A stretch of DNA of 64,000 nt from Candidatus Thermosaccharophagus tengchongensis. Its GTDB lineage: Bacteria > Armatimonadota > Fervidibacteria > Fervidibacterales > Thermosaccharophagaceae. The notes below the pieces were generated by a model. It saw only the letters and a program-made list of their open reading frames with translations. It was not told the origin of the DNA and searched no databases. How positions within the stretch are numbered: position 1 is the stretch's first letter; each line of letters begins with the position of its first letter. This document shows, one piece after another, positions 10,632 to 20,807 of this stretch. The DNA is taken from assembly GCA_032161105.1 (NCBI GenBank), contig JAVHTD010000012.1, one strand, 5' to 3'. The position numbers and the translations under genes are program-made.

Positions 10632-11909
10632 TTAAATCTCGGTCAGTGTTTGCACCACCTTTTCTGCGCTTTGCGCATCAAGCGTGCTGACGATGCTGAC
10701 TGCCAACTTGCCATGCCCAAATAGCTTGAAAGCCGTCTCCATCACATCCTCAATGGTTATGCTGTTCAGGCTTGCGAGAACCTCTTCATTTGGGATGAGC
10801 TTGTCAAAGTATACAAGTTGCCTGCCCATTTGGAGCATCTGCCCCATCACGCTCTCAAGCGACATGATCATTGATGAACGCAGCTGCATCTTAGCCCTTT
10901 CAAGTTCGCTCTGCTTCACCCCACCTCGCAATAGCTTTTGGAGTTCACGCTTGAGCATGACCGCCACTTTCCCAACATTCTCAGGCAGGCAGCTGAAGGA
11001 GATTGCAAGGAAACCGGCATCCCTCATCCCGACACTCATGCTGCCGATGGAATATGCCAAGCCCAGCCTCTCACGAATTGTTTGAAAGAGCCTTGAGCTT
11101 GCATTTCCACCGAGTATGAGGTCAAGCAGTATCATGCAAAGGAACTGTTTCCTTTGGCGCTGCGAGAAGCCATGAGAGCCGATGCACACATGTGCTTGTG
11201 CCGCTTTCTTTTCAACGACTTTGGGATGCGGCTTCGGAATCGGTGGTGTAATCCTTAGGGTTTGTGCTTTGCCATTGAACGACCCAAACGCCTCCTGCAG
11301 TTCCTCAACGAAGCGCTCGTGTTCCAGACATCCGGAGGCGGTGACGACGGCATTATCGGGCGTGTAAAAGCGCTTGAGAAATGATTTGACGGACTTCGCT
11401 GTGAAAGATTTGACAGTCTCTGGCTTGCCAAGGACCGGTCTTGCAAGCGGGTGTGCGTCCCAAAGCGCCTCCAAGAGCAACTCTTGGACGAGTTCCTCAG
11501 GATCATCATTCACCTCCGTGATCTCTGAGAGGACGACATCCTGCTCAATCTTTATGTCCCTTGCGCATATTGCGGGCTCGGTCACAAGCTCGGCCATCAA
11601 CTTAAGCATCTTGCTCACGCCTTCCGGGAGGACACGGGCATAGTAGCATGTAAGCTCCCTCTCTGTGAATGCCTCAAGATACGCGCCGAGCTCGTCCACA
11701 ACCTGCGCTATCTTTTTCCCGGTGTGCCTCTTGGTGCCCTTGAACAACAGGTGCTCAACGAAATGCGCCATGCCAAGTTCATTCTCACCATCGTGTGCTG
11801 AACCGACCTTGAACCACACCCCGATGCAAACGCTTTTCGCCCATGGCAATTTCATCGTCGTCACTCTCATCCCGTTGCTGAGCCATGACGAGTTTACTTC
11901 GGCTCGCAT
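10632..11909 (-). CDS. M16 family zinc peptidase
   Basis: GMAHFVEHLLFKGT (HxxEH), SSRLFQTIRERLGLAY. Confidence 0.92.
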   Translation of the reverse strand: MRAEVNSSWLSNGMRVTTMKLPWAKSVCIGVWFKVGSAHDGENELGMAHFVEHLLFKGTKRHTGKKIAQVVDELGAYLEAFTERELTCYYARVLPEGVSKMLKLMAELVTEPAICARDIKIEQDVVLSEITEVNDDPEELVQELLLEALWDAHPLARPVLGKPETVKSFTAKSVKSFLKRFYTPDNAVVTASGCLEHERFVEELQEAFGSFNGKAQTLRITPPIPKPHPKVVEKKAAQAHVCIGSHGFSQRQRKQFLCMILLDLILGGNASSRLFQTIRERLGLAYSIGSMSVGMRDAGFLAISFSCLPENVGKVAVMLKRELQKLLRGGVKQSELERAKMQLRSSMIMSLESVMGQMLQMGRQLVYFDKLIPNEEVLASLNSITIEDVMETAFKLFGHGKLAVSIVSTLDAQSAEKVVQTLTEI

Positions 11910-12120
11910 GTTCTGAGCATTCACCCCTCGCACTGCACTTAAAGCATTTCCGAGCCGCACATCGCAAAGGTTATTATATCAGCTAACGCCAATTGCAATA
12001 CTGCAACCGTGTGCCACAAGGCGCGCGTTAAAATGCGGATGCAAAGGGACATCCCTCATTAGGCATGTCCAAGTCAGCCCTTCAATTCGCGATTCAATTG
12101 GCTTAAGGGGTGCATGAGCG

Positions 12121-13566
12121 ATGGAGGAATATGCAAAGAGGGTGCTTGAATGGTGTATGGCTGATAGGATCAGTTATGCGGATGTGCGTGTTGTTGAAAC
12201 CCGCTTTGAAGAGCTGGTCGTCAAGAATGGGCAGCCCGAGGTTATAAGGTCAAGCTGCACGGTTGGATTTGGCGTGCGCCTGATTTGCGATGGCGCATGG
12301 GGATTCGCAAGCAGCTCAAGGTTGAGTGATGATGAAGGTAAGAGCGTAGCCAAGTTAGCAATTGAGGTAGCCAAAGCAAGCGCCGTTCAAAAGAAGCGCG
12401 ATGTCATCCTTGCCCCCGTGAAGCCTGTAAGGGCAAAACACAAAACGCCCATTGAGATTGACCCCTTTGAGGTGCCATTGGAAGAGCGCCTTTCGCTGCT
12501 CATGCGCGCTGACGAGTTAATGCGCTCAGTTGAAGGCATACAAGTCAGCGAGGCATGCATGTCCCTTTGGCGCCAGAAGAAGTTGTTTGTGAGCACCGAA
12601 GGCAGCGTGATTGAGCAGGAGAGGGTCGAAGTCGGTGCTGGAATAACGGCAACCGCAGTGAGAGGGAGCGATGTGCAGCGCCGTTCATATCCGGCGGCAC
12701 ATGGCGGAAACTTCGCAGCGAGGGGATACGAATTCATCCTATCGCTGAATTTGGAGGAACATGCCCGGCGCATCGCCATGGAGGCAGTCCGGCTGCTTGA
12801 TGCCGAGCCGTGTCCGTCAACAGTCACGACAGTTATACTTGGCTCAAACCAAATGGCATTGCAAGTTCACGAATCATGTGGTCATCCAACGGAACTTGAT
12901 AGGGTGCTCGGAACGGAGGCGAGCTTCGCTGGCACGAGCTTCCTCACTCCGGACAAGCTCGGCAAGTTTGAATATGGCTCTCCCATAGTCAACATTGTCG
13001 CCGACGCCACAATCGAGGGTTCTCTCGGTGGTTTTGCACACGATGATGAGGGAGTCCCCGGGCAGCGCTTCCACCTCGTCAAGGATGGCATATTCGTTGG
13101 ATACCTGACCTCGCGCGAGACCGCCCCTTTGATAGGGTTGAGCGAGAGCAATGGCACTATGCGTGCCGAAAACTACAACGCCATACCGCTCATCAGAATG
13201 ACGAACATCAACTTGGAGCCGGGTGACTGCACGCTTGAAGAAATGATAAGCGATGTGAGTGAGGGCATCTTCATGGACACGAACAAGAGCTGGAGCATTG
13301 ATGACAAGCGCCTCAACTTCCAATTCGGGTGCGAGATAGGGTGGCTAATACGAAACGGCAAGCTGACAAAGATGATTAAGAACCCGACATACACCGGCAT
13401 CACATATGAGTTTTGGAGGAGTTGTGATGCCATTGGGAATGAGAGCGAATGGCAGCTTTGGGGATTGCCGAATTGTGGCAAGGGTGAGCCGATGCAGACG
13501 ATGCATGTTGGGCATGGAGTTCCGCCGGCGCGCTTCAGAAATGTTCGCGTCGGTGTGGTGAAGTGA
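12121..13566 (+). CDS. tldD: TldD/PmbA family metalloprotease (TldD-type)
   Basis: VHESCGHPTELDR, DDEG, RMTN, NCGKGEP. Confidence 0.9.
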   Translation: MEEYAKRVLEWCMADRISYADVRVVETRFEELVVKNGQPEVIRSSCTVGFGVRLICDGAWGFASSSRLSDDEGKSVAKLAIEVAKASAVQKKRDVILAPVKPVRAKHKTPIEIDPFEVPLEERLSLLMRADELMRSVEGIQVSEACMSLWRQKKLFVSTEGSVIEQERVEVGAGITATAVRGSDVQRRSYPAAHGGNFAARGYEFILSLNLEEHARRIAMEAVRLLDAEPCPSTVTTVILGSNQMALQVHESCGHPTELDRVLGTEASFAGTSFLTPDKLGKFEYGSPIVNIVADATIEGSLGGFAHDDEGVPGQRFHLVKDGIFVGYLTSRETAPLIGLSESNGTMRAENYNAIPLIRMTNINLEPGDCTLEEMISDVSEGIFMDTNKSWSIDDKRLNFQFGCEIGWLIRNGKLTKMIKNPTYTGITYEFWRSCDAIGNESEWQLWGLPNCGKGEPMQTMHVGHGVPPARFRNVRVGVVK

Positions 13567-13674
13567 ACCCCAAGTCAGGTGGTAGGAATGCATCCCATTT
13601 CGGCTTCATCCGCTCACAAGTTGAGCCATGTTGGCGATCGCAGCCGTTCAAACACTCTGCGCCGCAGCATATCC

Positions 13675-14967
13675 ATGAGTGAGGACGAGTTTGAGCTGCT
13701 GCTTGACTGTGTTCGCTGTGGCTTTTGCTTGGCGACTTGCCCCATGTTTATGCAGACGCTTGATGAGGCTGATTCACCGCGGGGCAGGTTGCACCTTTTG
13801 CGGGCGCTTGCCGAAAATAGAGCAAGCCCAACTGATGCCCTGCTAAGGCACCTTGATACATGCTTAGCCTGCAGGGCTTGCCAGAGCGCATGCCCATCGG
13901 GAGTGCGTTACGGCTCCCTTATTGAGCTTGCGAGGGCAAGGCTTGAGGAGATGGGGCTCGGTGTGACCAGACGCAACCTATTGCTCAAGGTGCTCATCAG
14001 GCATGTTTTCCCTTACAGGCATCGTTTCAATGCGCTCATTCTATTCGTGGAGATGGCGAGGGTATTGGGGCTTGTGAAGCTGGCAAGATGGCTCTCCGGA
14101 TGCACCGGCGATGCTCATTGGCTTCACGGATGGTTGCAGATTGAAGGCATGTTGCCCGACCGCCGTCAAAGGAGCGCGTGCTATGATGGTAAGACCGTCA
14201 TACCACCGAAAGGGAAGCGCAGGATGAGGGTGGGATTCCTTCTGGGGTGCGCCTCAGATGTGCTGCTAAGGGGGGTCAATGAGGCAACAGTCAAGGTCCT
14301 TTCGCATCTTGGCTGCGAAGTGATCATACCGAGGGGGCAAACTTGCTGTGGTGCGATAGCAATCCATGCCGGCTTTGGGGAGGATGCCAAACGCTTTGCG
14401 AGGCGCAACATTGAGGCGTTTGAAGGGCATGGGCTTGATGCCATAGTTACAAATGCAGCTGGCTGCGGTGCAGCAATGAAGGAGTATGCGCAATGGCTAA
14501 GCGATGATGAGTTGTTCGGCGAACGGGCAAAGGCGTTCTCATCCCTCGTGCGCGATTTCAACGAACTCATTTTTGAGCTTCCGTTTGCAGACGACTTGAA
14601 GCCCATCCACATGCGAGTCACTTACGATGACCCATGCCACTTGTTGCATGCTCAGGGTATAAGGGAGCAACCGAGGAGGCTCATCACGGCTATACCCTCA
14701 ATTGAGTTTGTTGAGCTTGAGGAATCGGATGTGTGCTGCGGAAGCGCCGGAATCTACGGGCTGATGTTCCACGAGAATTCAATGTGGCTGCTTGAGCGCA
14801 AGTTGGAGCGGATAAGGCAATCAGGAGCTGATGCCATAGTGACTGCAAACACCGGTTGCCAACTGCAGCTGCAGTATGGCGTTAAGCGCTATGGTTTAAA
14901 TGTGAAGGTGATGCACATTGCTGAGTTGCTCGCATTGTCGTATGGGCTTGATGGAGTGATGAGATGA
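13675..14967 (+). CDS. glcF: Glycolate/lactate oxidase Fe-S subunit (GlcF-like, CCG domains)
   Basis: CVRCGFCLATCP, SPRGR, CLACRACQSACP, two CCG motifs; ORF track start 13579. Confidence 0.85.
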   Translation: MSEDEFELLLDCVRCGFCLATCPMFMQTLDEADSPRGRLHLLRALAENRASPTDALLRHLDTCLACRACQSACPSGVRYGSLIELARARLEEMGLGVTRRNLLLKVLIRHVFPYRHRFNALILFVEMARVLGLVKLARWLSGCTGDAHWLHGWLQIEGMLPDRRQRSACYDGKTVIPPKGKRRMRVGFLLGCASDVLLRGVNEATVKVLSHLGCEVIIPRGQTCCGAIAIHAGFGEDAKRFARRNIEAFEGHGLDAIVTNAAGCGAAMKEYAQWLSDDELFGERAKAFSSLVRDFNELIFELPFADDLKPIHMRVTYDDPCHLLHAQGIREQPRRLITAIPSIEFVELEESDVCCGSAGIYGLMFHENSMWLLERKLERIRQSGADAIVTANTGCQLQLQYGVKRYGLNVKVMHIAELLALSYGLDGVMR

Positions 14968-16655
14968 TGAGCTGCGAGCATTATGACGGGAAAGTTTGGC
15001 TCAAACGCTATCCGAAGGGTGTCCCGCCATCGCTTCAATATCCCGAAGTGCCGCTTGATGCCATTTTGAGTGAAGCGTCAATGCGCCATCGCGGCAATGC
15101 AGCCACAGTCTTCTACGGTGCACGCATGAACTACGGCGAGCTTGATGAGCTCGCCTCAAAGTTTGCGTGTGCCATTCAAAGGCTCGGATTGGACTTCGGG
15201 GATAGGGTTGCGTTAATGCTGCCGAATTGCCCGCAGTTCATAATCGCGTATTACGGGGCTATAAGGGCTGGCTGCACAGTCGTCCCTTTAAACCCGCTGA
15301 TGAGTTGGTATGAGCTTAACGCCCTGATGAGGGATTGCGGCGCAAGAGCCATCGTTGCTTTGGACGCGCTTATGGACAAGGTCAGCGCAGCGCTGCACGG
15401 CACTGCAGTTGAGCACATTGTTGTATCATCGCTTGCAGGGTATGTGCCGGCATGGTTGAGCTTGCCCATATGGCTCAAGACTCGTCCCAAAGGAAAAGTT
15501 GAGCTTCCGAGCAATGTTAGCTTGCACCAGTTTGAGCAGCTTCTGCGAACGCAGGGTAAGCCAGCATCGCGCAGCGTTAATCCGCGCGATGATGTAGCCG
15601 TTTTCCAATACACTGGCGGGACGACCGGGCTGCCAAAGGCTGCCATGTTAACCCACTACAACCTTGTGGCTAATGCTTACCAGTGCAGTGCTTGGGCGAC
15701 GGAGTTGAAGGACGGCGAGGAGAGGTTCATCTGTGTCCTTCCCTTCTTCCATTCCTACGGGATGACAACCTGCTTGAACTTTGGCGTGCTTAAGTGCGCT
15801 GCGCTTATCCTGACGCCGAGGTTTGACATTGCGGAGACGGTGAAGCTCATCTCAAGGTATCGTGTCACCGTCTTCATGGGTGTCCCGAGCATGTATGGCG
15901 CAGTTAGCCATCACGCACAGCGCGGCAGGGTTGACATCACATCAATCAAGGCATGCATCAGCGGCGGCGCACCCCTGCCGATGCAAGTTGCGGTTGAGTT
16001 TGAGCGCCTGACTGGTGGCAGGCTCGTTGAGGGCTACGGCTTGACCGAGGCTTCTCCGGTGACACACATCAACCCGATTTGGGGTGGAGAGGTGAGGATG
16101 GGCAGCATAGGCTTGCCCGTTCCGGACACCGAATGCAGGGTGATGGATTTGGAGACCGGCACAAGGTGCGTTCCAGTCGGTGAGGTGGGTGAGCTCTCCA
16201 TAAAAGGTCCGCAGGTGATGAAGGGCTATTGGAACAGACCCGAGGAGACAGCGCAAACGCTTCGCGAGGGCTGGCTATACACTGGCGATATCGCAAAGAT
16301 GGACAGCGATGGCTACTTCTACATCGTTGACCGAAAGAAGGATTTGATCATCGTCGGCGGGTTCAACATCTATCCGAGGGAAGTTGAGGAAGTGCTTTAC
16401 AGTCACCCGAAGGTTAAAGAGGCTGCTGTGGTGGGGGAAAGGCATCCGGTGCGTGGCGAGATCGTCAAAGCTTATGTTGTGCTGCGTGAGGGGCAGGAGG
16501 CATCCGAGGTTGAGCTAATTGAGTTCTGCCGCGAGAGGTTATCGCCGTATAAGGTTCCGAGGGCGATTGAGTTTGTAAGCGAGTTGCCAAAGTCAGCCAT
16601 CGGGAAGGTGCTCCGCAGGGTGCTCAGGGAAAAGGAGGAGCACAAGAGCCATTAG
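14964..16655 (+). CDS. fadD: Long-chain fatty acid-CoA ligase
   Basis: YTGGTTGLPK, EGYGLTE, TGD, GKVLRR. Confidence 0.9.
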   Translation: MMSCEHYDGKVWLKRYPKGVPPSLQYPEVPLDAILSEASMRHRGNAATVFYGARMNYGELDELASKFACAIQRLGLDFGDRVALMLPNCPQFIIAYYGAIRAGCTVVPLNPLMSWYELNALMRDCGARAIVALDALMDKVSAALHGTAVEHIVVSSLAGYVPAWLSLPIWLKTRPKGKVELPSNVSLHQFEQLLRTQGKPASRSVNPRDDVAVFQYTGGTTGLPKAAMLTHYNLVANAYQCSAWATELKDGEERFICVLPFFHSYGMTTCLNFGVLKCAALILTPRFDIAETVKLISRYRVTVFMGVPSMYGAVSHHAQRGRVDITSIKACISGGAPLPMQVAVEFERLTGGRLVEGYGLTEASPVTHINPIWGGEVRMGSIGLPVPDTECRVMDLETGTRCVPVGEVGELSIKGPQVMKGYWNRPEETAQTLREGWLYTGDIAKMDSDGYFYIVDRKKDLIIVGGFNIYPREVEEVLYSHPKVKEAAVVGERHPVRGEIVKAYVVLREGQEASEVELIEFCRERLSPYKVPRAIEFVSELPKSAIGKVLRRVLREKEEHKSH

Positions 16656-16750
16656 ACAATTGTGCTTTAGATGGCGAGTTGGCAGCGGATGCAGAGCGGG
16701 CATGAATAGTGCGAACAATTGCCCCATTGAAGCCCCGATGAGGGTGATGG

Positions 16751-17638
16751 GTGACAACGGACATGAGCGTGTTGAGGGTCCTTGTGACGGGCGCTTCTGG
16801 ACAGCTCGGCAGTGACCTCATTGGTAAGCTCATTGAGCGCTCACATGATGTTGTGGCGCTATCGCGCTCCGAGCTTGATATCACAAACCGCGAAGCGATG
16901 ACCGCAGCCATTGAGCGACATCGTCCGGATGTGTTGATCAATTGTGCGGCTATGGTGAATGTGGATGCCTGTGAGCGTGATGTGGAGAGCGCCATCAAAG
17001 TCAACGCGCTTGCAGTTTGGCACATTGCCATTCAATGCTCAAGGGCTAAAGCCAAGCTTGTGCAAATAAGCACTGACTTTGTGTTTGATGGCGAGAAGGG
17101 TTCGCCATACACTGAGCATGATCCGCCTAACCCAATCAACATCTATGGGCTTACAAAGCTGGTTGGTGAGATGTTTGCGCGCAACTACTGCGATGACCAT
17201 CTCATAGTGCGCACTGCTGGGCTTTATGGGACTCGCGGCAGCCGATCCAAAGGTGGCAACTTCGTTGACTTCGTCGTCGGTGCAGCGATGAGGAAAGAAC
17301 CGTTGCGACTTGTCACCGACATAGTGACAAGCCCAACATTCACACACGACTTGGCTTTGAAGCTATGTGAGCTCATTGATGCTGGCGCTCGTGGGGTTGT
17401 TCATGTGGCGAATTCCGGGCAATGCAGTTGGCATGAATTTGCGACATTCGCTTTAAGCCTTTTGGGTCTGGATGCCGATGTCGTTCCAATTTCATCCGGT
17501 GAACTTTCCCTCCATGCGCGCCGCCCAAAGTGCACACCGCTGATCAGCGTTCGTCTAAGCGAGTTTGGGATTGAGCCGTTGAGGGATTGGCGTGAGGCGC
17601 TTGCCGATTACCTCATCGCTAAGGGCTTGCTAAGGTGA
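16751..17638 (+). CDS. rfbD: dTDP-4-dehydrorhamnose reductase
   Basis: TGASGQLG, ISTDFVFDG, YGLTK. Confidence 0.93.
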   Translation: MTTDMSVLRVLVTGASGQLGSDLIGKLIERSHDVVALSRSELDITNREAMTAAIERHRPDVLINCAAMVNVDACERDVESAIKVNALAVWHIAIQCSRAKAKLVQISTDFVFDGEKGSPYTEHDPPNPINIYGLTKLVGEMFARNYCDDHLIVRTAGLYGTRGSRSKGGNFVDFVVGAAMRKEPLRLVTDIVTSPTFTHDLALKLCELIDAGARGVVHVANSGQCSWHEFATFALSLLGLDADVVPISSGELSLHARRPKCTPLISVRLSEFGIEPLRDWREALADYLIAKGLLR

Positions 17639-17660
17639 CAGCTTGTGTGAGGTGAGATAG

Positions 17661-18449
17661 ATGAGGGGGAGTTTGCTATGTTTGCAGTTTGCGCTCATGC
17701 TTGCGTGTGCACAAGCATTTGCTCAGCCGAAGGGCTATGTCATCCACGCGGAGGTTTCTGGTGGTTCTGATGGCAGCAAGGAAGTCAAACCGATGTCGGA
17801 AGTGACTTACATAAGTGGCGAGAGGTTGCGCTATGAGCTCAGAGATGTGATTGTAATCGCCAACACGAAGAGCGGTGAGGTCGTGATCATTTCACAATCT
17901 CGCCGTGAGTATACCGTTGTCAATCTTGAGCGCCTGCTACAGCTTTCCGAGAATATGCGCAAGGCGCTTGATGAGCAGCTAAAGAAGCTGGAGGAACGCA
18001 TGAAGGAAGCCAAACCCGAGGAGAAGCAAAAGCTGATGCAAGCGCTTGCCATGCTTGCCTTCATGAATCAGATGTTTAAGTCGGTCGTAGTTAAGGACGG
18101 TGGTATGGATAGGATTGCTGGGTATGTATGCAAGCGGCTTCAAGTGTTTGGAGATGGCAGTTTGGTTGCCGAGCTCTGGTTTTGTGAAGCTCTGAAAGTT
18201 GCTGTGGATGTCAACAAGCTCATGAGCATAGCGTTTGCGTTAACGCCTGTCCCGGCGATGGTGCGCCAAATTTACGAAGCCGTTGTGGGGAGAGCTGTTG
18301 GGCTGCCGATGAGACAGGAGCTGTATAAGCCTGTGCGCATGAGGCGCATCGTCAAAAAAGTTGAGGTCAAGCCCCTCAAGGAAAGCCTATTTGCTCCGCC
18401 AAAGTATTACACGAAGGTGGATTTTGAGAAAGTGATACCGAGCCGTTGA
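17661..18449 (+). CDS. Secreted protein, DUF4412-like
   Basis: Signal peptide (AFA), IAGYVCKR, ELW, SLFAPPKYY C-terminal pattern. Confidence 0.6.
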   Translation: MRGSLLCLQFALMLACAQAFAQPKGYVIHAEVSGGSDGSKEVKPMSEVTYISGERLRYELRDVIVIANTKSGEVVIISQSRREYTVVNLERLLQLSENMRKALDEQLKKLEERMKEAKPEEKQKLMQALAMLAFMNQMFKSVVVKDGGMDRIAGYVCKRLQVFGDGSLVAELWFCEALKVAVDVNKLMSIAFALTPVPAMVRQIYEAVVGRAVGLPMRQELYKPVRMRRIVKKVEVKPLKESLFAPPKYYTKVDFEKVIPSR

Positions 18450-18482
18450 TCTGGGAAGCCTGCGGTGGCTTTGCTACGGTGC

Positions 18483-18511
18483 TTTACGATGTAGCTGCTT
18501 GATGTTAAAAT
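18483..18511 (+). promoter_or_regulatory. Sigma70-type promoter of tRNA cluster
   Basis: TTTACG-N17-TAAAAT with TGn extended -10, just upstream of tRNA-Ser. Confidence 0.6.
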
Positions 18512-18526
18512 GAAAGGTAGCACGGT

Positions 18527-18621
18527 GGAGGGATGCGCCGAGTGGCTAAGGCGGCGGCCTGCTAAGCCGTAGGGGGGTTGTGAAGCCTCCCTCCCGGGTT
18601 CGAATCCCGGTCCCTCCGCCA
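18527..18621 (+). tRNA. tRNA-Ser(GCT)
   Basis: GGAGGGA/TCCCTCC acceptor, anticodon loop CTGCTAA, long variable arm, TTCGAATC, encoded CCA. Confidence 0.95.
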
Positions 18622-18627
18622 TTTGGC

Positions 18628-18705
18628 GCGCCCGTAGCTCAGCTGGAATAGAGCACGGGACTACGGATCCCGGGGTCGGGGGTTCGAATCCCTCCGGGCG
18701 CGCCA
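18628..18705 (+). tRNA. tRNA-Arg(ACG)
   Basis: GCGCCCG/CGGGCGC, CGGGA-CTACGGA-TCCCG, encoded CCA. Confidence 0.97.
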
Positions 18706-18728
18706 ATATGCTTTAGCTGTTGTGGTAT

Positions 18729-18802
18729 GCGCCCGTAGCTCAGTCGGACAGAGCGCTGGCCTCCGGAGCCAGAGGTCGCGCGTTCGAATCGCGCCGGGCG
18801 CA
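18729..18802 (+). tRNA. tRNA-Arg(CCG)
   Basis: GCGCCCG/CGGGCGC, CTGGC-CTCCGGA-GCCAG; CCA not encoded. Confidence 0.95.
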
Positions 18803-18847
18803 TGTGATTGCGTAAAATTTGGGCGCGCTCATTTTTGGAGTAACGAT

Positions 18848-18920
18848 GCCCCTGTAGCTCAAGAGGATAGAGTGGCGGCCTCCTAAGCCGCAGATCCCGG
18901 TTCGAGTCCGGGCAGGGGCA
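18848..18920 (+). tRNA. tRNA-Arg(CCT)
   Basis: GCCCCTG/CAGGGGC, GCGGC-CTCCTAA-GCCGC; CCA not encoded. Confidence 0.95.
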
Positions 18921-18969
18921 CTTAGATTTTAAAGCCCTGCCGAATCGCTTGCGCCGGTGTCGGTGAAGT

Positions 18970-19470
18970 GTGATGACTCCCCAAGCATCAAGCGGTGTGA
19001 TAAGCTTTAAGGCATTCGCCTCAAGTGAGGATGTAGCGTTTATGCGCCTCGCAATTGAGGAGGCGATGAAAGCCTTTGAGTGCGGTGAAGTCCCCGTCGG
19101 CGCCATCGTCGTGTGCGATGGCAAGGTGATAGCCAAAGCGCATAACATGCGCGAGAGGTTAAAGTCACCACTGGCGCACGCCGAGATGCTTGCTATGGAA
19201 GCCGCAGCCAGTGCACTTGGCGATTGGCGTCTCAACGGGGCAACACTTTATGTCACGCTTGAGCCATGCCCAATGTGTGCTGGGGCGATGATTCAAGCGA
19301 GGCTTGGGAGGTTGGTATTTGGGGCATATGATGAGAGAGCCGGTGCGGCTGGGTCGGTTATCAACCTGTTTGGCTTGAGCGCCTACGATGGCATTGTCGC
19401 AGTCGTTGGCGGTGTGCTGAGCGAGGAGTGCGCCAACTTGCTTCGGCGCTTCTTTGAGCAGCGCCGATGA
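18970..19470 (+). CDS. tadA: tRNA adenosine(34) deaminase
   Basis: GEVPVGA, AHAEM, LYVTLEPCPMCAGA, GAAGS, FF..RR C-terminus. Confidence 0.95.
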   Translation: MMTPQASSGVISFKAFASSEDVAFMRLAIEEAMKAFECGEVPVGAIVVCDGKVIAKAHNMRERLKSPLAHAEMLAMEAAASALGDWRLNGATLYVTLEPCPMCAGAMIQARLGRLVFGAYDERAGAAGSVINLFGLSAYDGIVAVVGGVLSEECANLLRRFFEQRR

Positions 19471-19517
19471 GCCGTTGGGAAAAGCAGCTCTGATAACGCA
19501 TCGTAAGAGGGTTTATC

Positions 19518-20582
19518 ATGCGGATGACTTCTCGTGAGCGTCTCCTGTGCGCCTTTTCGTGTGGCACGCCTGATAGGGTTCCGGTTTCGCCTCAGGGGTT
19601 CGGGAGGATTGACCCAAACAGCGAGCTTGCAGGGATGCTCATTGAGCGCACTGACATCATCATTTACTCGGGCAGCGCTTGCAATTGCCTCATTGGGAGT
19701 GCATTGAAGTTTGATGTTGAGACTGATGGCGATTTGACCATCATCACCTATCACACACCAAAGGGCGATTTGAGGCGCGTTGTGAAGTCAACAGCTGCGA
19801 CGAGGGCTACAATTGAGTTCCCGTGCAAGTCACCCGATGATGTGGAGAAGCTGCTCTCAGTGCCATATGTTCCGCCATCCGATGAGGAGCTCAATGCTGC
19901 ACTTGCAAAATTCAACTCGTGGAAGGATAGGCTTGGGGAGGAGGGTATAGTTTTGTGGGATTTGCCAAACGCCGTTTGCCTACCGGCTGAGTGGTTCTCC
20001 CCGGAGGATTTCTGTCTCCTTTGGGCGGATGCGCCGGATGTGATGATTGAGCTTGTGAGGGTGGCGAATGAGCGCCTGATGATGTTTGTTGAGAGGGTTT
20101 GCAGAGCCGGCGTTGATGGCTTTAGGATAGTCGGCGGTGAATATGTTTCCGTTCAGCTCGGTCCGAGTGCATTTGATGTCCTCGTGCGCCAAGTTGATAA
20201 GCATCTTGTGGCGCTGATGCACGAATACGGTGCAATCGCATACTACCACAATCACGGTCCAATCATGCGCTACCTTGAGATGATTGCCGACATCGGTGTT
20301 GATGCCCTTGACCCACTTGAAGCGCCACCTTGGGGCGATTGCGATATGGCGGAAGCGAAGAAGTTGCTTCGTGGGAAGGTGTGCATCGTCGGGAATATGG
20401 ATGACATGAATGTGCTAAATCGTGAGCCGCCAGAGGTTGTCCTCCGCATCGGGAAGCAATTGATTGAAGTTGCAGGTCCGGATGGCTTCGTGCTAAGTGG
20501 GACGGCATCCGGCACTTATGGTGAGAGAGCTGCATTGAACTTTATTGAGCTCACCAAACTCGCGGAGCAAATGGCTGCCTGA
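19518..20582 (+). CDS. Uroporphyrinogen decarboxylase/methyltransferase-superfamily protein
   Basis: MTSRER..PDRVPV, YHNHG, GKVCIVGNMD, GFVLS. Confidence 0.8.
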   Translation: MRMTSRERLLCAFSCGTPDRVPVSPQGFGRIDPNSELAGMLIERTDIIIYSGSACNCLIGSALKFDVETDGDLTIITYHTPKGDLRRVVKSTAATRATIEFPCKSPDDVEKLLSVPYVPPSDEELNAALAKFNSWKDRLGEEGIVLWDLPNAVCLPAEWFSPEDFCLLWADAPDVMIELVRVANERLMMFVERVCRAGVDGFRIVGGEYVSVQLGPSAFDVLVRQVDKHLVALMHEYGAIAYYHNHGPIMRYLEMIADIGVDALDPLEAPPWGDCDMAEAKKLLRGKVCIVGNMDDMNVLNREPPEVVLRIGKQLIEVAGPDGFVLSGTASGTYGERAALNFIELTKLAEQMAA

Positions 20583-20807
20583 GCAATTCAGTTCAACCCC
20601 TTTGGCACTGTTTGACGATTGGCTATCTGCCCTGTCGCCGTTGCATGTTGAGCACCGTCCATATTGTTGAGGCATCAATGCATGGGCGCAATACGATGCT
20701 TCGTATGTGCCTCCTCCAAGCCCCGGATGACAATCGGTGTAGCGATGGCAGCGCCTTTCTCAGCAGCTCCCACCTATAGCGCTCAACCTGTGTTCGCATG
20801 CGCTTCT

